Below, one piece after another: positions 1 to 10,356 of a stretch of DNA of 64,000 nucleotides. The stretch lies in the NCBI GenBank assembly GCA_963840455.1, contig CAWIYV010000009.1, positions 1 through 64,000 of the forward strand, given 5' to 3'. The translations under genes were made by a program, and so were the position numbers. A model generated the notes under the pieces. That model worked only from the letters and a program-made list of their open reading frames with translations, searched no databases and was not told the origin of the DNA. How positions within the stretch are numbered: position 1 is the first letter of the stretch; every line of letters starts with the position of its first letter. Source of the DNA: Nitrospirota bacterium (GTDB taxonomy: Bacteria; Nitrospirota; UBA9217).

Positions 1-16
1 CTGACGGGGCCTCCGG

Positions 17-45
17 TTGCAAACACCTGGTAAGTATGCTACTAT
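17..45 (+). promoter_or_regulatory. putative sigma70 promoter of the holin-like/cbiMQO operon
   Basis: TTGCAA-17 nt-TACTAT with TGn extension; GGAGG RBS before ATG at 65. Confidence 0.5.
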
Positions 46-64
46 TCCAACCCTTGGAGGGAGC

Positions 65-457
65 ATGATCGGTTTTATTCTGCGTTGGTCCATCAACCTG
101 CTGGCGCTCGTGGTCGCGGCGAAGCTCATCGACGGTATCAGGATCCAGAGCCTCGGCATGGGTATCCTGGCGGCCGGCATCCTGGGCGTCGTGAACGCGG
201 TCATCAGGCCGGTGGTGCTGCTCCTGACCCTTCCCATCAATCTTGTGACCCTCGGGCTCTTCACCCTCTTTATCAACGCATTCATGCTCGAGTTCGTGGC
301 CTACCTGGTCCCCGGGTTCGTCATCGAGACCTTTTACGCGGCCTTCTGGGGCGCACTCATCATCAGCCTTGTCAGCTGGCTCTTGAACATCTTCGTCGGC
401 GGGGACGGCAGGATGGTCTATATCAAGACGACCCGGAAGGGAGGGGACGGACAGTGA
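65..457 (+). CDS. 4-TM membrane protein, phage-holin-like/YvlD (DUF360) family
   Basis: Four hydrophobic segments; motif VNAVIRPVVLLLTLPINLVTLGLFTLFINA; RBS supports start 65 rather than TTG at 17. Confidence 0.8.
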   Translation: MIGFILRWSINLLALVVAAKLIDGIRIQSLGMGILAAGILGVVNAVIRPVVLLLTLPINLVTLGLFTLFINAFMLEFVAYLVPGFVIETFYAAFWGALIISLVSWLLNIFVGGDGRMVYIKTTRKGGDGQ

Positions 458-476
458 CGGCGGCGGGGGCTGACAC

Positions 477-1199
477 ATGACGCATATGCACATTCCCGAC
501 GGGATCCTGCCCGTCTGGCTCTGGGTGTCGGGATTCATCGCCATGGCCGCGGTCCTCGCATTCTGCCTCTACCGGCTCCGCGGCATGGACCGGAAGAAGA
601 AGATCCCGCTGTTGGGCGTCCTGTCGGCGGTCATGCTCGTCGCCATGAGCCTCGAGATCCTCCCCATCGCCTACCACCTGAACCTGTCTGTTGCCGCCGG
701 CATCCTGCTGGGACCCTCACTGGGGTTCATTGCTGCGTTCATCGTGAACAGCATGCTGGCGCTTCTGGGCCACGGGGGCATCACCGTCATGGGTCTGAAC
801 ACCCTTCTCCTGGGCGCCGAGGCAATGCTCGGCCATACGCTGTTCTATCTCTTGACGGACCGGCTTCCCACTTACTGGCGGGCGGCTATTGCCACCCTGC
901 TCACGCTCTTCCTCGTTTCGCTCTGCCTGATCGGGATCGTCGCCATCTCCCATGCTGACAGCGACCAGTTCCTCCATCATCACGACCGGAAGGGGGGCGA
1001 TCACGGCCAGGAAGCCGCCCCGGCGCCGGTCTCCACCTTCGCGGTCATGGTCCTGTCCCTCGGCCTGATCGGATGGGTCATTGAGGCCGCCATAACCGGA
1101 GCCGTCATCCGGTTCATCTCCCAGGTGAAGCCTGACCTGCTCAGCCATGTTCTGCACAAGGACACCTGCCGGAGCGGACATGAGGAGTGCAAGCCATGA
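477..1199 (+). CDS. cbiM: ECF Co/Ni transporter S component (CbiM/NikM)
   Basis: N-terminal MHIPDG metal-binding motif, HGGITVMGLN motif, multiple TMs; start may be 486. Confidence 0.88.
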   Translation: MTHMHIPDGILPVWLWVSGFIAMAAVLAFCLYRLRGMDRKKKIPLLGVLSAVMLVAMSLEILPIAYHLNLSVAAGILLGPSLGFIAAFIVNSMLALLGHGGITVMGLNTLLLGAEAMLGHTLFYLLTDRLPTYWRAAIATLLTLFLVSLCLIGIVAISHADSDQFLHHHDRKGGDHGQEAAPAPVSTFAVMVLSLGLIGWVIEAAITGAVIRFISQVKPDLLSHVLHKDTCRSGHEECKP

Positions 1200-1900
1200 T
1201 CGATGTTGCCCGGATAGATTACTGGGCGGCCAACGGTTCCAGTCCTTTTCACCGGGCCTCGGTCCTGTCCAAGCTCCTGTTCCTGCTCTGTGTTGTCACG
1301 GCATCGGTGGTGACGAAGGACCCCGTGCCGCTGGCAGCCGCGTACTCGCTGCTGATCGTCCTCGCCGCCGCGAGCGGCCTCCCCTGGATGGCCGTCGGTT
1401 TCCTGTCACTGTACGCAGCGGTCTTTGCCCTGCTCTACGCCATCAGTCTTCGGGGCGGCCTGTGGACCTATGCCCTACTGCTGCTCAAGGCGGTCACGCC
1501 GGCGTACGCCGTGGGGATGCTGGTCGCGAGCACCCCCTACCCCAGGATATTTTCGTTCCTGAGCACGTTCCTTCCCGAGATACTGGCGGCCGGTCTCTTC
1601 ATGACCTACCGGACCCTCTTCATCCTACTGGACATGATGGACAACTTTGGCACGGCGATCCGGCTCCGGGGCGGCTTCTCCCCGGGGCACCTCGTGAAGA
1701 ACGGCTCGAACATCGCCAAGGGCATCGGCACACTCCTGGTCCGTGCCGTTGATCGGTCCCAGCGCCTCTATGCCGTCATGGCAGTGCGGGGGTACAATGG
1801 CAGCATGGCCGAGAAGACGATCGGAACGTTCGGCAGGAGCGACTGGCTGCCGCTGGGGTCCGGGATGAGCGTCCTGGCGCTGGTGCTGTTCTGGACATAA
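1196..1900 (+). CDS. cbiQ: ECF transporter T component (CbiQ)
   Basis: Hydrophobic with LRGG and AVRGY motifs; ATGA overlap with cbiM. Confidence 0.85.
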   Translation: MIDVARIDYWAANGSSPFHRASVLSKLLFLLCVVTASVVTKDPVPLAAAYSLLIVLAAASGLPWMAVGFLSLYAAVFALLYAISLRGGLWTYALLLLKAVTPAYAVGMLVASTPYPRIFSFLSTFLPEILAAGLFMTYRTLFILLDMMDNFGTAIRLRGGFSPGHLVKNGSNIAKGIGTLLVRAVDRSQRLYAVMAVRGYNGSMAEKTIGTFGRSDWLPLGSGMSVLALVLFWT

Positions 1901-1950
1901 GATGATGCGCTGCGCATTCTCCACCCAATGTTGGACGACCACGAACGACC

Positions 1951-2802
1951 ATGATCAATCTGAACAATACGCCTGAGAACATCGTCACCGTCAGCTGTCT
2001 GAAGCATACCTTCCCCGACACCACGGAGGTCCACATCTGCGGGCTGGATTTCTTGGTCAACCGCGGCGAGCGGGTCGTGGTGCTCGGCGGAAATGGTTCC
2101 GGCAAGACCACGCTCCTGTATCATATTTTGGGACTGCTCAAGCCCGACGAGGGAAGGGTGACGGTCTTCGGCGCAAATCCCGCGACCGGTTATAACGACA
2201 TCCGGGAGCGCATCGGCGTGCTTCTGCAGAACGTGGAGGAACAGATCCTCTCGCCCACGGTCTGGGAGGACATCGCGTTCTCACCCCGGAACTATGGATA
2301 TAGCAGGGAGGATACGGCCCGGATGGTGGACGCGGTCATGGCCGAGCTCGGCATCACCCGGCTGCGGGACAAGATCTGCCATTACCTGTCCGGCGGTGAG
2401 AAACGGAAGGTCGCCCTGGCAGGCGCCCTGGTCCTGCGGCCCGAGCTCCTGATCCTCGACGAGCCCTTCGAAGGCCTGGACAGCCGGTCCCGCGCCGAGC
2501 TGGTGGAACTCCTAAACCAGCGCAACCGCGACGGGATGAGCCTCATCATGTCGACCCATGACCTGAACCTCGTAGGGAGCCTCGCCGACCGCGTCTATGT
2601 CCTCGCCCGGGGGGAGGGTGTCGTCGCCGCCGGCACTCCCGTCGAGATCTTCACGCACGCCGACGCGCTCAAACGGTCCAACATCGATCCGCCGGTCCTG
2701 ACCGAGCTTTTCAACAGGCTCCGGGAAAAAGGCATGGGCCTGAAGATGCCGGTCAATGTGGACCAGGCCGTTGCCGATCTGATCCGTTTGTTCAAAACAT
2801 GA
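1951..2802 (+). CDS. cbiO: ECF transporter ATPase (CbiO)
   Basis: GGNGSGKT, LSGGEKRK, ILDEP, STHD. Confidence 0.9.
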   Translation: MINLNNTPENIVTVSCLKHTFPDTTEVHICGLDFLVNRGERVVVLGGNGSGKTTLLYHILGLLKPDEGRVTVFGANPATGYNDIRERIGVLLQNVEEQILSPTVWEDIAFSPRNYGYSREDTARMVDAVMAELGITRLRDKICHYLSGGEKRKVALAGALVLRPELLILDEPFEGLDSRSRAELVELLNQRNRDGMSLIMSTHDLNLVGSLADRVYVLARGEGVVAAGTPVEIFTHADALKRSNIDPPVLTELFNRLREKGMGLKMPVNVDQAVADLIRLFKT

Positions 2803-2842
2803 TATACTATCCAGCAGTAATCAGCATCACGAAGGAGGCATC

Positions 2843-4120
2843 ATGCCGATCAGGAGAAGGGACCACGCACCACTATCGGACGCGGAGAAGGGGACCAACA
2901 AGACCCGCATCATAGTTCTCGTGGCACTTGTACTGGTAGCTGCCATCGCCGCGGGCTCGATGGTGGCCTACTACTCCGCCTTCCGAAACAACGGGCATGG
3001 AATAGCCCTATCGCTGCTGTTCTTCCTGGTCGTTCCGATCCTGGCCTATGTTCTGTTCCGGACCATGATCGCGCCCTACTACCGGAGGCTGGAGGACGCA
3101 AACCTCGAGCTGCATATCAAGCAGGAAGAGATCCTGGACATGAAGGACGACCTGTTCATCAAGTTCCTGGGGATCCACGATGCAAACTATGCTGCGAACT
3201 CGCCGCGGCTGTTCCCGGAGCGGCTCAAGGATGTCGCCGATGTCACGTCACGGGTCATGGAGGCTGAGGTCTGCCTTATCTACCGGTATGACCGGAAGAA
3301 GGATGAACTGGTGCTGGCCGCGACCAATGGCTACCACCAGGAGGCTGTCGGTATGGTGCGGATTCCCGTCGGGCAGGGTATCGAGGGAGTGGTGGCACGC
3401 AGGGTCGAGCCGGTCATGCTCAAGGACTTTACCAAGGACAGCAGGTTCAAAGAGGCGCCCGGTCTGGCGCTGTCCAGCTACTCGTCGCTCTACTGTCTCC
3501 CGCTCTATGTGTATTCCAACGGCGCGTTGATGGGCGTCATCGAGCTGCTGTACGAGAACGCAAAGACCTTCACCGATGAGGAGATCAATTTCTTTACGAC
3601 CCTCGCGGGCATCCTGTCCAACACCATGCAGAACGAAATGCTTCAGGCCGAGCTCCGCCAAATGAACATGGAACTGGAGCAATGGGTCGCCGAGAAGACC
3701 GAGGAACTCCGCTCCTCGGAGGAGCGTTACCGGACGCTCGTGGAGAACGCGAATGAGGCCATCTTCGTGCTGTCCGAGTCAGGGGACGTCGTGTTCGCCA
3801 ACGAACATGCGGTGCGGCTGTCGGGGTACGGGAAGTTCGACCTTGTGCACAAGAATCTGGCCGAGCTCCTGGCCGACGCGTCCGCGGTCCAGGGCATGCT
3901 CGCCGAGACGGTCCAGGGCGGTCAGTCGCTCCGGAACGCCGGATTGAAGCGCCACGACGGTGCCGTGGTCCCTGTCGAGGTGAGCTGCGTCGGCCTTACC
4001 CTCATAGGCAGGCGCTTCGTCCAGGCGGTCGCGCGCGACATGTCCGCATACGTCCGGCTGGAGCAGCGGCTCGTGGAGAAGGACCGCGAGATATCCGAAC
4101 TGCGGGCGCGTCTCAAATAG
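2843..4120 (+). CDS. membrane-anchored GAF + PAS sensor with no recognisable output domain
   Basis: 2 TMs, coiled coil, GAF (FTDEEINFF), SEERYRTLVENANEAIF PAS start, short C-terminal coiled coil; GGAGG RBS. Confidence 0.75.
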   Translation: MPIRRRDHAPLSDAEKGTNKTRIIVLVALVLVAAIAAGSMVAYYSAFRNNGHGIALSLLFFLVVPILAYVLFRTMIAPYYRRLEDANLELHIKQEEILDMKDDLFIKFLGIHDANYAANSPRLFPERLKDVADVTSRVMEAEVCLIYRYDRKKDELVLAATNGYHQEAVGMVRIPVGQGIEGVVARRVEPVMLKDFTKDSRFKEAPGLALSSYSSLYCLPLYVYSNGALMGVIELLYENAKTFTDEEINFFTTLAGILSNTMQNEMLQAELRQMNMELEQWVAEKTEELRSSEERYRTLVENANEAIFVLSESGDVVFANEHAVRLSGYGKFDLVHKNLAELLADASAVQGMLAETVQGGQSLRNAGLKRHDGAVVPVEVSCVGLTLIGRRFVQAVARDMSAYVRLEQRLVEKDREISELRARLK

Positions 4121-4154
4121 CGGCCAGCGGTCTGCTCGCGCATCGCGGCGATAA

Positions 4155-4195
4155 CAAAAAAACGGCCCCGGAATATTCCGGGGCCGTTGCTGTTT
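4155..4195. terminator. bidirectional intrinsic terminator
   Basis: Perfect 28-bp palindrome AACGGCCCCGGAATATTCCGGGGCCGTT (4161-4188) with A-tract, between convergent genes. Confidence 0.8.
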
Positions 4196-4215
4196 CCCGC
4201 ATGTGAATCTGAACG

Positions 4216-4470
4216 CTACTTCGCCTTCACCTCGATGTCCGTGGCGCGCGACTCGTACTTCACCGTGACCTTGGCGCCGACCTTCAGGTCTCCCTTGATC
4301 TTCGTGTTGGCGTCTTTTACCAGTTCGAACTTCTCACCCTTCTTGTCAACGACAATCATATTGTCTTTCACTTCCAGGACCTTGCCGGTGAACTGATAGG
4401 TCTTGCCGGCGGCGAACGCCACCAACGCGACCAGCACCAGCGCCACAACCAGGACTGCGAACTTCTTCAT
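4216..4470 (-). CDS. small exported protein, probably OB-fold-like
   Basis: Signal peptide MKKFAVLVVALV..AFA; Lys-rich beta pattern (FTGKVLEV..LKVGAKVTVKY); GGAGG RBS. Confidence 0.75.
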   Translation of the reverse strand: MKKFAVLVVALVLVALVAFAAGKTYQFTGKVLEVKDNMIVVDKKGEKFELVKDANTKIKGDLKVGAKVTVKYESRATDIEVKAK

Positions 4471-4506
4471 GGTGATACCTCCTTCGAGAATTGTAATAAT
4501 GGAAAA

Positions 4507-4535
4507 ACTATAGCCAAGCAATTGCGTTCTGTCAA
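4507..4535 (-). promoter_or_regulatory. sigma70 promoter
   Basis: TTGACA-17-TATAGT on minus strand upstream of 4470. Confidence 0.65.
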
Positions 4536-4551
4536 GCCGTCCGGCCTGGTG

Positions 4552-6018
4552 TTATCGCCGTTTGCTGCCTCCCAGGATCGAACCGAGCACGCCGCGGATG
4601 ATCTGTCTGCCGATCTGACTGCCGATGGCGTGGGCCGCGCTCTGAGCCATGGCGCCGAAGATCTTCGAGGTGTCGGACTGGGGCTCGGCCCGACCCTTTT
4701 GTTTTGCCGCCGGCGCCTCTTCCGCCTGCTGCGCCTCGGCTTTTGCTTTCAGTTTTTCGTAGGCCGACTCCCGGTCCACGGCCTTCTCGTAATGACCAAA
4801 GAGGACCGACCGCTTGACGATCCCGTCGCGCTCATCCGGCGTGAGCGGGGTGAGCCGGCTTTTGGGCGGGTAGACCAGGGCGCGGTCCACCGGCGTGGGA
4901 GAGCCTTTCGCGTCCAGCACTGACACGAGGGCCTCGCCAACGCCGAGCTCGGTGATGGCCTTCGCCACATCGAGGCCCTGCGCTGCTCGGAAGGTCTCGG
5001 CTGCTGCGCGCACCGCTTTCTGGTCCCGCGGCGTGAACGCCCGCAGGGCGTGCTGCACCCGATTCCCGAGCTGACCGAGAACGGTCTCCGGGATGTCTAG
5101 CGGGTTCTGGGTGACGAAATAGACGCCCACGCCTTTGGAGCGGATGAGCCGCACGACCTGCTCGATCTTGTCCTCCAGCGCCTTGGGTGCGTCCACGAAG
5201 AGGAGGTGCGCTTCGTCGAAGAAGAACACCAGCTTCGGCTTGTCGGGGTCTCCGACCTCGGGAAGGTTCTCGTATAGTTCGGCCAGCATCCAGAGCAGGA
5301 AGGTTGCGTAGAGCTTCGGGGACTGCATGAGCTTGTCGGCGGCCAGGATGTTGATGATTCCCCTGCCTCCGGGACCGGTCTGGATGAGATCGTTCAGGTC
5401 AAGGGCGGGTTCGCCAAAGAAGGCGCCGGCGCCCTGCTCCTCGAGGGCGACCAGTCCCCGCTGGATCGCGCCGATGCTGGCGGCAGAGATATTGCCGTAC
5501 TCGGTCTTGAACTTGGCGGCATTCTCGCCTGCGAACTGGGTCATGGCGCGCAGGTCCTTGAGGTCGAGCAGCAAGAGCCCGTTGTCATCGGCGATCTTGA
5601 AGATCAGGGTAAGGACGCCGCTCTGGATGTCGTTCAGGTCCAGGATGCGGCTGAGGAGCAGGGGGCCCATCTCGGAGACTGTCGCGCGGATCGGGTGTCC
5701 CTGCTGTCCGAAAACGTCCCAAAACACGGTCGGACAGCCTTCGAAGGCGAGCTCCCCCATGCCGAGCTGCTTTGCGCGCGCTGTTGGCTCGGGCCGGTCT
5801 CCGCCGGGCAGGGCGATTCCCGACAGGTCGCCTTTTACATCGGCCATGAAGACGGGAACGCCGATCGCGCTGAACTGCTCGGCCAGCACGCGGAGAGTGG
5901 TGGTCTTGCCCGTGCCGGTGGCACCTGCAATGAGCCCGTGCCGGTTGGCCATCCGGGGAAGGATGGATATCTCGTTCTTGCCTTTAGCAATGAGCAGGGT
6001 GCCTGTTGTTTGCGCCAT
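4552..6018 (-). CDS. HerA-like P-loop ATPase, DUF853/YjgR family
   Basis: [37 protein letters not shown]-terminal [11 protein letters not shown]; RBS before MAQ start. Confidence 0.9.
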   Translation of the reverse strand: MAQTTGTLLIAKGKNEISILPRMANRHGLIAGATGTGKTTTLRVLAEQFSAIGVPVFMADVKGDLSGIALPGGDRPEPTARAKQLGMGELAFEGCPTVFWDVFGQQGHPIRATVSEMGPLLLSRILDLNDIQSGVLTLIFKIADDNGLLLLDLKDLRAMTQFAGENAAKFKTEYGNISAASIGAIQRGLVALEEQGAGAFFGEPALDLNDLIQTGPGGRGIINILAADKLMQSPKLYATFLLWMLAELYENLPEVGDPDKPKLVFFFDEAHLLFVDAPKALEDKIEQVVRLIRSKGVGVYFVTQNPLDIPETVLGQLGNRVQHALRAFTPRDQKAVRAAAETFRAAQGLDVAKAITELGVGEALVSVLDAKGSPTPVDRALVYPPKSRLTPLTPDERDGIVKRSVLFGHYEKAVDRESAYEKLKAKAEAQQAEEAPAAKQKGRAEPQSDTSKIFGAMAQSAAHAIGSQIGRQIIRGVLGSILGGSKRR

Positions 6019-6454
6019 GGATCCTCCGTCAAGAGACCAGCTGTTTCCCTGTCTGATGAATGGAACAGACAGAATTATTCCATAATGATTTTTTGATTGC
6101 AAGTGATTTATCGGAGATAGAGCCTGCGGATGCAGATATGATCTGCTTCTGTCCGGTAACTGCTGCTAAAAGCGGGCTATCCAGCAGCAAGATCGAGCAC
6201 CCGGTCCTGGGAGGTGACCTGTCCTCTTCCGGCCGGCCCGCGATTCAATGGCTACGGCTTTTTTTTCGCGGCTGTCGTTTCGTGTATGGGTAGTTAACGG
6301 AATAGAGGTGAAAGGCACAGTCAGGCCCTATCAGCCCCAAGGCAGATCGCAGGGAGATTCTTATCTTACCGTGAAGGATAAGATGGCGGTAGAGATATCG
6401 CAGCCGTATCTCTTCTGATGTGCTCGTCGTCATGCCGGTTCCCCCGCGTCAATC

Positions 6455-6483
6455 TTGACAATGCGCGGCTGTTTGCCTATTCT
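6455..6483 (+). promoter_or_regulatory. sigma70 promoter
   Basis: TTGACA-17-TATTCT; implies the true ORF start is downstream of 6483. Confidence 0.55.
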
Positions 6484-6535
6484 CAAAGAAATACGCCGTA
6501 CTCCCTTGGACGATAGCTCTCTCAAAGAACGCACG

Positions 6536-7795
6536 ATGACAGCCGGCAATGGACGATCAGTACAACCGGGAAAGAAGGTACCATCACTGAGCAGGATGAT
6601 GGCGCTGGTCCTCGCCTGGACCCTGGCCGCTCACTCGTCTCTCATATGTCCGGTCATGACACCATACGCTTGTGCCGAGCCTGCTGAGCCTGCCCAGGAG
6701 GATCTGCCTGCGGGACGGCCGGAAGAACACCCCGCGCCATCAATCCTTTCCTCTCCTCAGGACCTGCCACAATCAGGACTAGCTCCGCAACGGACCGAGG
6801 AAAAACCGGTCATGCCGGCACCAGTTGGACAGCCGCAAGCCGCGCCTTTGACGACGGCCCCGACCGTGACCCCTGCGCCCGCTGATCAAGATCTGACCGG
6901 AGCCCCTGAAGAGGAAAACAGCATTCTCGACACGCTCCACGGCGGCGTCACCTACGGGTTCCTGTCGACCGCAACCTGGCTGGACTCCTTCTTCGGCGAC
7001 CAACGCTACGAAGCCGAGATCAACCGGTCCCAGCTCAAGATCCGCTTCGACGCGTTTCGTGAGGACGGTACGGGCATGGATTACCGGCGGCCGAATTTCG
7101 ATCTCCGGCTCGTGCTACCCCAGCTCCGCAAAAAGACCCGTCTGGTGATCTCGGGCGATCCGAACGAGAGGGACGATACGACGCCCGCGCAGCCGGGGGG
7201 GCCAGGTACCAATATTGCTCAGACGCCCCAGAGAAACCTTACGACGGCTCTCCAATATTTCCCCGTGGAATCGGATCGCAGCAATTTTAGCCTCCGGGCC
7301 GGCGTCAAGCTGCATAACGGGAAACTTGACATCCTTGCAGGGCCGCGGTACCGTTATCTTGTCCCTCTTGATCCCTGGGCCCTGCGGTTCACCCAGGAGT
7401 TTGTTTGGTCCAGTGACCAGCGATGGCAGTCCAGGACTACGTTCGACTTCGAGCGGACCCTGCCCAAGGACCTGTTCTTCCGGATGACCCTTGAAGGGCT
7501 CTGGTCCGAGAACGTGATAGGCTATCCGTATGCACTGAGCTTTCTCCTGCGGCAGCCGCTTGACCGCAACCGCGCAATACAGTACGAATGGGTCAACAGT
7601 TTCCAGACACGTCCGACCAACGAATTGGACGAGGAGCTGCTCGTGTTCCGGTTCCGGCAGCGTTTCTGGCGGGACTGGCTGTTCCTCGAGATCGCTCCCC
7701 AGTACCGCTTCCCGCGCGACCGGAGCTTTGATGCCACACCGGGGATATTGTTCAGGCTTGAGATGGTGTTCGGCGATATTGCGGCAATTTTTTAG
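6536..7795 (+). CDS. exported protein with Pro-rich N-terminus and probable outer-membrane beta-barrel
   Basis: Hydrophobic signal-like segment, P/A/E/Q-rich linker, WLDSFFGD motif, amphipathic beta strands, terminal Phe; start 6536 or 6596. Confidence 0.6.
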   Translation: MTAGNGRSVQPGKKVPSLSRMMALVLAWTLAAHSSLICPVMTPYACAEPAEPAQEDLPAGRPEEHPAPSILSSPQDLPQSGLAPQRTEEKPVMPAPVGQPQAAPLTTAPTVTPAPADQDLTGAPEEENSILDTLHGGVTYGFLSTATWLDSFFGDQRYEAEINRSQLKIRFDAFREDGTGMDYRRPNFDLRLVLPQLRKKTRLVISGDPNERDDTTPAQPGGPGTNIAQTPQRNLTTALQYFPVESDRSNFSLRAGVKLHNGKLDILAGPRYRYLVPLDPWALRFTQEFVWSSDQRWQSRTTFDFERTLPKDLFFRMTLEGLWSENVIGYPYALSFLLRQPLDRNRAIQYEWVNSFQTRPTNELDEELLVFRFRQRFWRDWLFLEIAPQYRFPRDRSFDATPGILFRLEMVFGDIAAIF

Positions 7796-7818
7796 CGGGG
7801 CGCTGACAGCGGGACTCT

Positions 7819-9084
7819 TTACGCTGTTACTACGCGGTCCCGTCCCCCCTGTTTTGCCTGGTAGAGTGCATCATCGGCCCGCGCCAGCATGGAGTCGGCC
7901 TGTATGTCCTGTCCGTTCAGGGACGTGACCCCGGCGCTCACCGTAACCGTGATCTCAAAGGTCTTGTTCGAGATCGTTTTTCCCCGGATCTTTTCCCTGA
8001 TCCGCTCCGCAAGCGCGGCCGCTTCCTCAAGCGTTGAACCGGGCGACGCAATGAGAAACTCCTCTCCGCCGATCCGCCCCAGGAGATCATAGGTCCTGAG
8101 ACTTTCGCGCATGTCAAGGGCCACGGCCTTCAGGACCGCATCGCCGAAAGCGTGGCCGAAGGTATCGTTGACCTGCTTGAAATGATCGATGTCGAAGAGG
8201 ACCAGGGACAGGGAGGTGCCGGTACGCACGGAGCGCTGGTATTCCCGGTCGAGCTGCTCCATGATGTAACGCCGGTTCTTGAGCCCCGTGAGCTCGTCGG
8301 TCACGGCAATATGTTTCAGCCGTTTCTGGACGTCATCAAGCCGTACCACGAGCTTCCAGGCGAACAGATAGAGGATGGCAAGCAGGACGCCGATGGTGAT
8401 TACGGCGTCGATGATGATCTGGGTCCGGTTGGTCCTCATCTGCGACGTCAGTTCGGCGGCGGGGATGATGACGCTCACCCCGCCGCGGACATCCCCGAGC
8501 TGGTATCCCTGCTTGCCATGGCACGGGAGACACGACTCCTCTATCACGAGGGAACGGATATACCGGAAGACCGGCCTCTCCCCGGAGCGGTCGAACTGCC
8601 AGATAGCCCGTTCACCGTCTTCGAACCGCTCCAGGGACCGCTTTTCGAAGTCGTCAGGCCGGTTCTCGGGATTCAGGTTCTTGAGGCTGACCATATGGAA
8701 TTCCGCCCTATTGTCCCTGCGGGCCAGTTCGGAAATCTCCCGGGTCATGATGGCGGGGTTTCGCAGGGTCAGGACCCTACCGTCGGCCGTGTGGATGTCG
8801 GGATCGATGCCCAGTTCCTTGAGGAAGGGATTCGAGTGGATGCCCGGCTTCTTTTCCACATAAACGCCGCCATACTCGGCATTCCAGTGCCGCGTGATCA
8901 CGATGAGCTCGGCGAAGGACTCGGCTTCGTGCCTCACGGTCTGGATGAGGAGCTCGTTCACCGTCAGATAGCGGAACAGATAGGTGGCGACCACACCGAT
9001 CGTGACCACGAAGCTTATAATGATCAGGAAGGTACGGACGTCTTTAAAGGAATGAAATGGTTTTGGCCAGGTATTCAGCGCCAT
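7819..9084 (-). CDS. diguanylate cyclase with periplasmic heme-c (DUF3365/Tll0287-like) sensor
   Basis: TM-periplasmic domain with CLPCH-TM; TDELTGL, DIDHFKQVND, RTYD I-site, GGEEF. Confidence 0.9.
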   Translation of the reverse strand: MALNTWPKPFHSFKDVRTFLIIISFVVTIGVVATYLFRYLTVNELLIQTVRHEAESFAELIVITRHWNAEYGGVYVEKKPGIHSNPFLKELGIDPDIHTADGRVLTLRNPAIMTREISELARRDNRAEFHMVSLKNLNPENRPDDFEKRSLERFEDGERAIWQFDRSGERPVFRYIRSLVIEESCLPCHGKQGYQLGDVRGGVSVIIPAAELTSQMRTNRTQIIIDAVITIGVLLAILYLFAWKLVVRLDDVQKRLKHIAVTDELTGLKNRRYIMEQLDREYQRSVRTGTSLSLVLFDIDHFKQVNDTFGHAFGDAVLKAVALDMRESLRTYDLLGRIGGEEFLIASPGSTLEEAAALAERIREKIRGKTISNKTFEITVTVSAGVTSLNGQDIQADSMLARADDALYQAKQGGRDRVVTA

Positions 9085-9180
9085 AGGTAGTGTCCAGAGT
9101 TCGGGCCGACTGTGCGAAGACCATGAGGTCCCGAGGGTCCTAGCACACGGTTCATTCGCCTGTCCGGGGCCGGTGCTCTC

Positions 9181-10224
9181 TCAAGCGATATTCTGCATCA
9201 TGTCCGCGATGCCTCTCCGGAAGAACCGCTCATCGCCGCTGGCGAACAGTTCGAGGATCCTCTGACGAAGCGCCATGAACCGGGTATTCCCGTGCTGGCG
9301 CGCATTCTCGACGATTTCCCAAGCCCCGTCCTCCAAGAAACTTCCATAGGCCTCCCGGACCTCCGGGAATAACAGCCTCCGGTATCCATCCATCAACCCG
9401 ACGGACAGACCAAGCGCCCCCCGGTCTCGTTTCTCCACGATGCTTCGGAACGGCCCGGTGTCCGAGGTGTCGGCCACCAGGTCTTTGACGGCACGCAGGA
9501 AATGTTCCGTGTTCCGGTCCCCGGCCTGCGTCAGGAGCTCTTTCCATTGCGGGACCGCCTCCTTCGACTCGGCCAGCTCATGGCGGAGGAGGACCCCTGA
9601 ATAGTTGAGGACCATCTGCTCGAACCGCCTGGCGAAGTCGTCGCTGAAGGGTTGACCCGGCGTTATTCCGTATGCACCGAATGCATCGGTCAAGGCTGGC
9701 CCGCGGTCAGGCCTGAGCTCAGTGAACTTGTCCCACAGGAGCGCCTTCAATGGCTCGAGGCGCAGAAAGATGGAACACTCCCGGAGCATGGCAGGAGCGG
9801 TGAAGAGGTCCCGGACAAGTTCCCGTTCCGCAGTATGGACGGTATGGCCCTCGATCGCGGCAACAGACCGGGCGCGGCCGAGGAAAAAAGTGGGTTTGAG
9901 ATACATGCCGTATCCCGCACCGTAAACATAACCATCCGCATGTAAGGACTGGTTGATCCCGTCGATGTCGAAGGGGGAATACGCCGTACCTTTGATGGTC
10001 AGGTTCCGGAGACTCCGGTCTTCCAGGCCGGCCCAGCGAGACTCCTTGCGGCCGATCCATGCGGCGATCTCCTCGCGGACGATGGAGGACCACGGTTCGA
10101 GTCCCCTTTCCGAGCGGAACAGGTCGCGGTAGCGCATCAGCAACCCGCAGATCGAGAAATATCCCCAGTAGCGGGCATCGGACACATCGCAGTTGAACTT
10201 GATGTCCTCAAGAACGGCATCCAT
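9181..10224 (-). CDS. conserved hypothetical protein (resembles Sfum_1244 family)
   Basis: 347-aa ORF with NCDVSDA..FSICGLLMRYRD N-terminus; family recalled, not verified. Confidence 0.55.
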   Translation of the reverse strand: MDAVLEDIKFNCDVSDARYWGYFSICGLLMRYRDLFRSERGLEPWSSIVREEIAAWIGRKESRWAGLEDRSLRNLTIKGTAYSPFDIDGINQSLHADGYVYGAGYGMYLKPTFFLGRARSVAAIEGHTVHTAERELVRDLFTAPAMLRECSIFLRLEPLKALLWDKFTELRPDRGPALTDAFGAYGITPGQPFSDDFARRFEQMVLNYSGVLLRHELAESKEAVPQWKELLTQAGDRNTEHFLRAVKDLVADTSDTGPFRSIVEKRDRGALGLSVGLMDGYRRLLFPEVREAYGSFLEDGAWEIVENARQHGNTRFMALRQRILELFASGDERFFRRGIADMMQNIA

Positions 10225-10356
10225 AAATGGCTCCGGAGAACATTATTCCTCAACATCGGTAAAAAGTAAACCGCTAAATTCCTGGTCTCTGGTAGTTACC
10301 ATTACCCTCTGCACAGGGAAATATTCGGAACATTCAAGGGGGGCTATTTTTTCACC

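Noticed and set aside
65-457. Prophage lysis module
   Set aside because: This holin-like family is commonly chromosomal; no endolysin or other phage genes are nearby.
6245-6433. 62-aa minus-strand ORF
   Set aside because: No recognisable motif and only a weak RBS; cannot be supported without homologs.
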